Positions 26,892 through 32,000 of a stretch of DNA of 32,000 nt are shown here, one piece after another. The translations under genes and the position numbers were made by a program. The DNA is taken from assembly GCA_028710695.1 (NCBI GenBank), contig JAQTTP010000004.1, positions 57,102 through 89,101 of the forward strand. The letters run 5' to 3'. The DNA comes from Candidatus Iainarchaeum sp. (GTDB taxonomy: Archaea > Iainarchaeota > Iainarchaeia > Iainarchaeales > 0-14-0-20-30-16). Under the pieces are notes generated by a model that was not told the origin of the DNA, ran no database searches, and saw only the letters and a list, made by a program, of their open reading frames with translations. Position 1 is the stretch's first letter. Every line of letters starts with the position of its first letter.

Positions 26892-29315
26892 TTAAGAAGT
26901 AGCTAATTCACTCGGTGCTAGATTCTGTGCAATAGTCGAGGGGTTGCTTGGCCAATACTTTGCAGTATCGAATCCTTTTAATAAGCTGTTTCCTGAAAAT
27001 GGACTTATGGCTAAATTATTTCCTGCGTTTACAATTATGAAATTCTTTGGAAATGAATTTGTATTTTTTTTGTCAATAGAGTATTGTGTTCTGTTTGATA
27101 GTGTTCCAATAAGTACTTGTTCTACTCCTTCTACTTGTGAAAGATAATATACATGTGTGTGGCCTGCAAAGTAGGTTGCGCCAGCACTTTTTAATGCAGA
27201 AATTATTTTATCTCTATTATATTGAACATAAGACTTTGCATATGTAACATCTGATAGCGGATAATGTGCAAATACCAACACATTACTGTAACCCTTGTCT
27301 GTGGCATTATTTAACTCTGAAATCAGCCAATCAGCATCTAATTGACCTCCATTGCCTGAGCCAACAGCATACCAGATGATGAATCTGTTATTGTTGTATG
27401 TAAAAGCATAATACTTTGGAAATGTTCCTGTGAAATTAAGGTTTGAACTATTGCCTTTTTCTAACCCCGCAATTATGGAATCTTTTTTTGGACTCCAAAA
27501 ATTATTATATTGTTGATAATCGTGGTTTCCAACTACCGGCAAGAAAAGTAAATTTGTTTTGCTTAAGCTGTTGGATAGCACAGCAAAGTTGTCTTTTCCT
27601 TGCTGTATTGCGGCTTGTTCATCTGTTGAAACTCCGGATTCTCCTTTCACACTTTCTATTAAATCTCCAAGTCCGATTACAAAAGAGACATTATTGCTCT
27701 TTGCAAGAGACATTGCTTTTTCGAGATATTCTGTGTTTGTTTTGCTTGTAGTCGTTATATGCGTATCAGAAACTACTGCAAATGAGAAGCTTCCTGCAGA
27801 GCTGTTTGTTTTTTTGTTTTTATCTAATTCAGTTTTAAAAAAAGTATTTAACATTTTTTCTACTTGGCATAAAATGTTTCCAGAAACTGTACCCATTTCA
27901 CAAAGCGATACTTGCTTTACAGTAGTGGTGGTTGTTTTTGTTTTTGTAGTTGTAGTAGTTGTTGATGTAGTAGTTGTGCCTGTTTTTTTGAATATTAAAA
28001 TCGCGGTTGGAACTTCTCTTTGTGATTTTCCATCATCTTTGTAACCCCAATAATAAATATTTTTTTCTGGAGCTATTAAAGTTGAACTTCCTCCTCCATC
28101 TAAGTTAATTATTGATTTACATTTAGAATCAAAAGTTGTTGGATATGTTGCTCCTGCTTTGTTGAAAACAGCAAGCAGAAGTTTGTTGTCATTAGTAACA
28201 CAAGCATAAGTTGCAGAATGTGATCTATTGCTACAATAGTTATTTCCAAGATCACATTGCTTTGTTCCATTATACTTTAGTGCTGCACTTTGTAGTGCAT
28301 AATCTGGTTTGCTTGTAGGATATTTTTGTTTATATTCTGTGTAGTTAAGGATTTCAGGAATATTATTATTGATCACCAAAAAGTTATCTGGAAAATGTGG
28401 TGGATTCATTAAATGACAGTCCCATTCTTGATTTCCTAAATAAGAATATTTTTCTTGTTTGTTTTCAACTACAAGCCCAAGCGGGACATTAATCTCATCT
28501 GGTTTTGAGCAATCATATCCTGCAGACTTATCATTTACATTAAAGAAGGATGCATTTACTCCAATTACTGCCCCTGATTTTTCAACCATCTCTTGAACAG
28601 TTGAAGTTAAGCTTCCAGTGATGCTTTTTGCGGTAACTACTTTTATTGTATATTGACTTGGATCTATTTCTACTATGTGAGCTTCTTTGCCATTGTATGT
28701 TGCGTTTGATAAAGAGTATGTGCTAGAAACTGTTTGTGACCCGTTTGTCCATTTAGTGAATTCAACACTTTCGCTTATAGGTTTCAATGTTTTTAAGTCT
28801 TGCATAATCCTTTGATAATTTGCATTTTCTTGTGAAACTAAATTATTTTGTGTTAGCCATCTTGCAACGAATGCACCAGTCCTATGTTTTCCCCACCAAC
28901 AATGAACATAGACATCGTTCTTTGCAGAATCTAACCAGCTGAATGCTTTTGTAATTTCTGAATTGTATTTCTGGTTTTTTTCCATTATCACCGAACCAAG
29001 ATTTATGAATGCATAGTCAAAACCCTCATCTTTTAAAATTGTTAAATAACTCTTGCCTAAACTAGTGGTTGTTGAAGTACATTCTCCACCTAAAACAATT
29101 ATTTTATTTACTCCTTTGCTCTTTAGGGAGTCAAGAGTTTGTTTTAATACTGTGTAGTCGCAGACTTTGTATTCTGCACTTTTTCCTGGATGTCCCCCAG
29201 TATAAAAACTAGATTTTGTATTATTGTAATGTTGTAAGTTATAAGCATCTGCAAATGACAGAGGGACTATTATTACTGTGAAAAGCAGCAATAAAAAAAT
29301 TACCTTTTTATACAT
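26892..29315 (-). CDS. Secreted tri-domain enzyme: PTP/DSP-like phosphatase + phosphodiester glycosidase (NAGPA/DUF2233-like) + calcineurin-like metallophosphoesterase
   Basis: Signal peptide MYKKVIFLLLLFTVIIVPLSFADA. PTP loop HCWWGKHRTG (nt 28875-28904). GVNASFFN (about 28535-28575) and INLDGGGSST (about 28084-28110). Poly-Thr linker (27921-27983). Metallophosphoesterase motifs FAVVSDTHI, GLGDLIE, VVGNHD and GHTHVY (about 26990-27790). Confidence 0.85.
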   Translation of the reverse strand: MYKKVIFLLLLFTVIIVPLSFADAYNLQHYNNTKSSFYTGGHPGKSAEYKVCDYTVLKQTLDSLKSKGVNKIIVLGGECTSTTTSLGKSYLTILKDEGFDYAFINLGSVIMEKNQKYNSEITKAFSWLDSAKNDVYVHCWWGKHRTGAFVARWLTQNNLVSQENANYQRIMQDLKTLKPISESVEFTKWTNGSQTVSSTYSLSNATYNGKEAHIVEIDPSQYTIKVVTAKSITGSLTSTVQEMVEKSGAVIGVNASFFNVNDKSAGYDCSKPDEINVPLGLVVENKQEKYSYLGNQEWDCHLMNPPHFPDNFLVINNNIPEILNYTEYKQKYPTSKPDYALQSAALKYNGTKQCDLGNNYCSNRSHSATYACVTNDNKLLLAVFNKAGATYPTTFDSKCKSIINLDGGGSSTLIAPEKNIYYWGYKDDGKSQREVPTAILIFKKTGTTTTSTTTTTTKTKTTTTTVKQVSLCEMGTVSGNILCQVEKMLNTFFKTELDKNKKTNSSAGSFSFAVVSDTHITTTSKTNTEYLEKAMSLAKSNNVSFVIGLGDLIESVKGESGVSTDEQAAIQQGKDNFAVLSNSLSKTNLLFLPVVGNHDYQQYNNFWSPKKDSIIAGLEKGNSSNLNFTGTFPKYYAFTYNNNRFIIWYAVGSGNGGQLDADWLISELNNATDKGYSNVLVFAHYPLSDVTYAKSYVQYNRDKIISALKSAGATYFAGHTHVYYLSQVEGVEQVLIGTLSNRTQYSIDKKNTNSFPKNFIIVNAGNNLAISPFSGNSLLKGFDTAKYWPSNPSTIAQNLAPSELATS

Positions 29316-29396
29316 ATGCCTCTACCTACTATAAATATAGAGACGAGATTTATAAATATATAACTATCGAAATTTTTGAAGAGATGATCTTTGGTA

Positions 29397-29430
29397 AGGG
29401 TTATCGAGCGGCTAGCCGCGAAGATGGACC
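29397..29430 (+). other. GC-rich imperfect stem-loop of unknown function (possible small RNA or structured pre-tRNA leader)
   Basis: GGGT-T-ATC-GA-GCGGCTAGCCGC-GAA-GAT-GG-ACCC. It has a perfect 12-nt palindrome (29407-29418) with flanking complementary ATC/GAT and GGGT/ACCC, in a 152-nt spacer that is otherwise AT-rich. Confidence 0.3.
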
Positions 29431-29467
29431 CAATTTTGCCAACCTAGGATTTTGTTAAAATCCCGGT

Positions 29468-29541
29468 GACCCGGTGGCCTAATTGGATAAGGCACCAGCC
29501 TCCTAAGCTGGCGATTGCGAGTTCGAGTCCCGCCTGGGTCG
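29468..29541 (+). tRNA. tRNA-Arg (anticodon CCT), 74 nt, no encoded CCA, no intron
   Basis: Manual cloverleaf: acceptor GACCCGG/CTGGGTC (one G-U), D stem GCCT/AGGC, anticodon stem CCAGC/GCTGG with loop CTCCTAA, 5-nt variable loop, T arm GCGAG-TTCGAGT-CCCGC (one A-C mismatch), discriminator G. Confidence 0.88.
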
Positions 29542-29548
29542 TTCTATC

Positions 29549-29577
29549 CTTTTTCTTTCTTGCCAAGAAAGAAAAAG
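29549..29577. terminator. Perfect 14-bp inverted repeat (polypyrimidine arm / polypurine arm) immediately after tRNA-Arg; probable terminator
   Basis: CTTTTTCTTTCTTG-c-CAAGAAAGAAAAAG. The 5' arm is itself an oligo-T-rich tract starting 8 nt after the tRNA. Confidence 0.45.
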
Positions 29578-29625
29578 CATAAGTTCACCAAAAAGAAAGA
29601 ACCGGAAGTTACGGTCTCCCAAAGA

Positions 29626-29654
29626 AAACTCTGGTGCCATGAATGGCACAGTTT
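29626..29654 (-). terminator. Hairpin plus T-tract, a likely terminator of the minus-strand endonuclease IV gene
   Basis: Read on the minus strand, GTGCC-ATTCAT-GGCAC (with an outer AAACT/AGTTT extension) is followed by TTTTCTTT, about 35 nt downstream of the nfo stop codon. Confidence 0.4.
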
Positions 29655-29686
29655 GTTAAAAGGCTCTTCTGGGTCCCACCTGGATC

Positions 29687-30523
29687 TCATAATGAATAGT
29701 AATATTTTTTCATAAGCAGGGCATCTTTTTCAATGTTTGGGCTTTCGCAGACTATTGCCCCTTTTACTTTGTAATCTTTTAATGCTTCCATTAGTCCCTT
29801 GTAGTTAAAATCAGAATCTGCTAGGTTTAGATGGTTTCTCTCTCCCTTTGCAGAATAGTTTATTCCTGAAAGATGCATGTGTAAATTGCTTAGGGCTTCT
29901 TTGCCAAGACCTTTTTCTATTTTTTCTAAAATGCTGTCAAATTCAGGTTTAGTGTTGAACTTTCCGCCATATCTTGCATGTATGTGTGAGAAGTCTACAC
30001 AAGGCAAAACTTGATCTATTTCTTGGGATAAAGAAATGATCTCATCCAAGTTTCCGAATTGTGTTTCTTTTCCTGTGGTTTCTGGCCTAATCCAAATTTT
30101 TAATCCCATTTCTTTTACTTCTTTTACAATTGTTTTTAGGTTTTTTTTGATGTTCTTATAGGTTTCTTCTTTGTCCATTCCTTGATAGAACCCAGCGTGG
30201 AATGTTAAAGAGTAAGCTCCAGAAAGGTATGCTTGTTCCGCACTGTCAACTATCCGTCTTATGCTTGCATCTATTTTGTCTTGTTCAAAAGAATTAAGGT
30301 TAATGAAAAAAGGACCATGTGCAGTTAGTATAAGATCTTTTTTTGTTTCTTTAATTTGTTTTGCAAGTTCAAGATTTTTTCTAAGGCCATGAACATATTC
30401 TAATTCCATACCATCTAGTTTTAATTTTCTTAAATCTTCCAAAGCAGAAAGAGTTGTTGCGGAAATGTTTGGTCTGCCTGCTGTCAAAAAATTAAGTTTG
30501 TCCATTTTTTGCATATTATACAA
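29687..30523 (-). CDS. nfo: Endonuclease IV-like AP endonuclease (xylose isomerase-like TIM barrel, AP endonuclease family 2)
   Basis: Metal-ligand pattern across the barrel: LTAHGPFFINL, SLTFHAGFY, IRPETTGK, CVDFSHIHAR, HMHLSGINYSAKGERNHLNL. Confidence 0.75.
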   Translation of the reverse strand: MYNMQKMDKLNFLTAGRPNISATTLSALEDLRKLKLDGMELEYVHGLRKNLELAKQIKETKKDLILTAHGPFFINLNSFEQDKIDASIRRIVDSAEQAYLSGAYSLTFHAGFYQGMDKEETYKNIKKNLKTIVKEVKEMGLKIWIRPETTGKETQFGNLDEIISLSQEIDQVLPCVDFSHIHARYGGKFNTKPEFDSILEKIEKGLGKEALSNLHMHLSGINYSAKGERNHLNLADSDFNYKGLMEALKDYKVKGAIVCESPNIEKDALLMKKYYYSL

Positions 30524-30565
30524 AACGAAAATTAGTATTTAATATTATCTTTATACAATTCTTAC

Positions 30566-31687
30566 ATGTTCAGCTCAAAACAAGCATTAAGCGAAAAAAA
30601 GAAGGAACTCTACTCAAAAACAAAAGAAAGAATGGAATCAATAAAGTATAAAGTGGAGTCAGAATTTAATACATCTAATATGCTTTTTGTTAGTGATAGG
30701 CTAATAAATAATTCTTATTACAAAGGCCCAATAACAAAGCCTTTGGGAATAGAGCAAGTTAAGAATTTAGATTATGACGGAATAATGGATTCACTGATTT
30801 CTAGTTGCTTGTCTTTTGATACCTCTCTGATAAATGAAAGAAAAAAAGAGGAATTGAGGTACCTATCTTTATCACAAGATCCAATGAAATTAGATTATTC
30901 TTTAGAAAACAAAAAATTTGTTTTTGAACATAATGCGGAAATGAAACCAATTGGAATTTCAGGAACAATAAGAGATATTGCAATTGAGGATAATGTAAAA
31001 ATTCCTGGCCCAGTTGATAAGCTAATAAATGATGAAGTTAGAGCAAATTATGCTTTAAACCAGCTTAGCAAAAAAGGGTTTGAGGTGGAATATTTATCAA
31101 ATGTGCTATCTTCTGGATTCCTGGGGATTGATAAAAAACTTGTCCCTACTCGTTGGGGAATTACTGCAACAGATGATACTATTGGAAAAGAACATATAAA
31201 AGAAATTCGTGAGTTTCCAGAATTAAGCGAAATCCAGATGTTTACTAACGAATTTCTACATAATGTATTTTTCATAATCCTTCTTCCCGGAAAGTGGGAG
31301 TATGAACAGTTTGAGCTTTGGGAATCTGAATCTGGCTTTAACTTTAACCAAGAATATGAACCTTTTTTTGGCAGAACTAATTATGCAAAAGACCAAGGCG
31401 GCGGATATTATGCTGCAAGAATTGCAGTAACAGAATATCTGAAAAGTATAAAAAAGCAAGCAAGGGTTTTAGTTATAAGGTACATAAAGAAAGAGTATTT
31501 CTTTCCGGTTGGTGTCTGGCAAGTAAGGGAAAATGTCAGAAACTCTTTTAAAAATAGTTTGAAGGTAGATAATATTAGTGAAGCAAAGCAGGAAATAGCT
31601 AAGAGTTTGCAAGTTGATATTTCAAATGTTTACAAGTGTTCACATCTATTGATACAAAGAAGAATTTGTGATTTCTATGGTTCTTGA
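30566..31687 (+). CDS. nreA: NreA-family archaeal DNA repair protein (DUF650/DUF651) with a C-terminal PCNA-interacting (PIP) box
   Basis: VPTRWGITATDDTIGK, DQGGGYYAARIAVTEYL and FPVGVWQVRENVRN resemble Nre family conserved blocks as I recall them. The C-terminal QRRICDFY (nt 31655-31678) fits Q-x-x-[ILM]-x-x-[FY]-[FY]. Confidence 0.65.
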   Translation: MFSSKQALSEKKKELYSKTKERMESIKYKVESEFNTSNMLFVSDRLINNSYYKGPITKPLGIEQVKNLDYDGIMDSLISSCLSFDTSLINERKKEELRYLSLSQDPMKLDYSLENKKFVFEHNAEMKPIGISGTIRDIAIEDNVKIPGPVDKLINDEVRANYALNQLSKKGFEVEYLSNVLSSGFLGIDKKLVPTRWGITATDDTIGKEHIKEIREFPELSEIQMFTNEFLHNVFFIILLPGKWEYEQFELWESESGFNFNQEYEPFFGRTNYAKDQGGGYYAARIAVTEYLKSIKKQARVLVIRYIKKEYFFPVGVWQVRENVRNSFKNSLKVDNISEAKQEIAKSLQVDISNVYKCSHLLIQRRICDFYGS

Positions 31688-32000
31688 AAATTGTCTATGT
31701 GGAAAGAAAGGAGTTTACAAAGTAGAACATGGCTTCCTTTGTAAAATCTGCTATTTGCGACAGATAGAAAATAAATTATTTAGGTTTGTAACCAAGAATC
31801 AACTTATTTCCCCAAACAAGAAATATCTTTTTATTTGTGACTCAAGTGCAGATAAAGTTAAATTAAATCTTTTAGAAAAATTATTTACAAAATTTGGGCT
31901 TGAGAATTTTAAAACCCAGTCCTCCAAATTTACTTGTGATTATAAAAAAGATTTGGAACAATTAGCAAAAAAGTCTAAAGGCCATACAATTATTCTGCCT
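31677..32000 (+). CDS. Partial CDS (first 108 codons, runs off the right edge): zinc-ribbon plus PP-loop-ATPase-like (TtuA/Ncs6-like) N-terminus with a degenerate PP-loop
   Basis: The ATG at 31677 overlaps the nreA stop by 11 nt, and the frame is open to nt 32000. MVLENCLCGKKGVYKVEHGFLCKICYLRQIENKL... resembles the CxxC...CxxC + helix N-terminus of TtuA/Ncs6. The expected SGGKDS position reads CDSSADK. Confidence 0.45.
   Translation, partial: MVLENCLCGKKGVYKVEHGFLCKICYLRQIENKLFRFVTKNQLISPNKKYLFICDSSADKVKLNLLEKLFTKFGLENFKTQSSKFTCDYKKDLEQLAKKSKGHTIILP

Noticed and set aside
27443-28044. Plus-strand ORFs (102 and 161 aa) inside the tri-domain gene, including a V-rich run
   Set aside because: They are antisense to an 807-codon ORF with three recognisable catalytic domains. 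The poly-Val stretch is simply the complement of the poly-Thr linker.
29316-29700. tRNA-Arg as an integration site for a mobile element or genomic island
   Set aside because: There is no integrase or recombinase on either side, and I did not spot a direct repeat of the tRNA 3' end. The flanking genes (nfo, nreA, secreted enzyme) have the same compositional look as the rest of the window.
29515-29715. 66-aa plus-strand ORF
   Set aside because: It starts inside the tRNA-Arg T-arm and runs through two hairpin/terminator elements into the nfo 3' end, so it is not a plausible gene.

Overview
Low-GC, very gene-dense archaeal chromosome segment; by my coordinates only about 1.3 kb of 32 kb is intergenic. 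Archaeal origin is directly supported by ribosomal proteins S8e and L21e, RNA polymerase subunit F (Rpo4), diphthine synthase, a Nog1-type GTPase, Trm5, NreA and an archaeal-type 5S rRNA. The compactness, frequent GGAGG-type Shine-Dalgarno sites and very large surface proteins suggest a small-genome, possibly episymbiotic (DPANN-like) lineage; this is inference only. Housekeeping content: the 3' part of a class II (B12-dependent) ribonucleotide reductase followed by a cob(I)alamin adenosyltransferase, a beta-CASP nuclease, Hsp20, a Nudix hydrolase, a stand-alone 5S rRNA, tRNA-Arg(CCT), endonuclease IV and NreA. Six signal-peptide or membrane-anchored proteins are interleaved with these and occupy about 14.4 kb (about 45%) of the window: a lipobox M64-like metalloprotease; a 1,706-aa anchor-less giant protein with a small C-terminally anchored partner; an 884-aa beta-helix/Cys-rich type I membrane protein; a membrane-anchored Amidase_2 peptidoglycan amidase; and an 807-aa secreted fusion of PTP-like phosphatase, phosphodiester glycosidase and metallophosphoesterase. 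I saw no CRISPR array, transposase, integrase or recognisable defence operon. The most interesting candidates are the giant-protein/anchor pair, the amidase plus tri-domain phospho-glycan hydrolase neighbourhood (a possible bacterial-type cell-wall attack or remodelling toolkit in an archaeon), and an Hsp20 / small membrane protein / site-2-protease operon whose HExxH motif is degenerate (HDIIQ). All functional calls come from motif recognition by eye; no database search was run.
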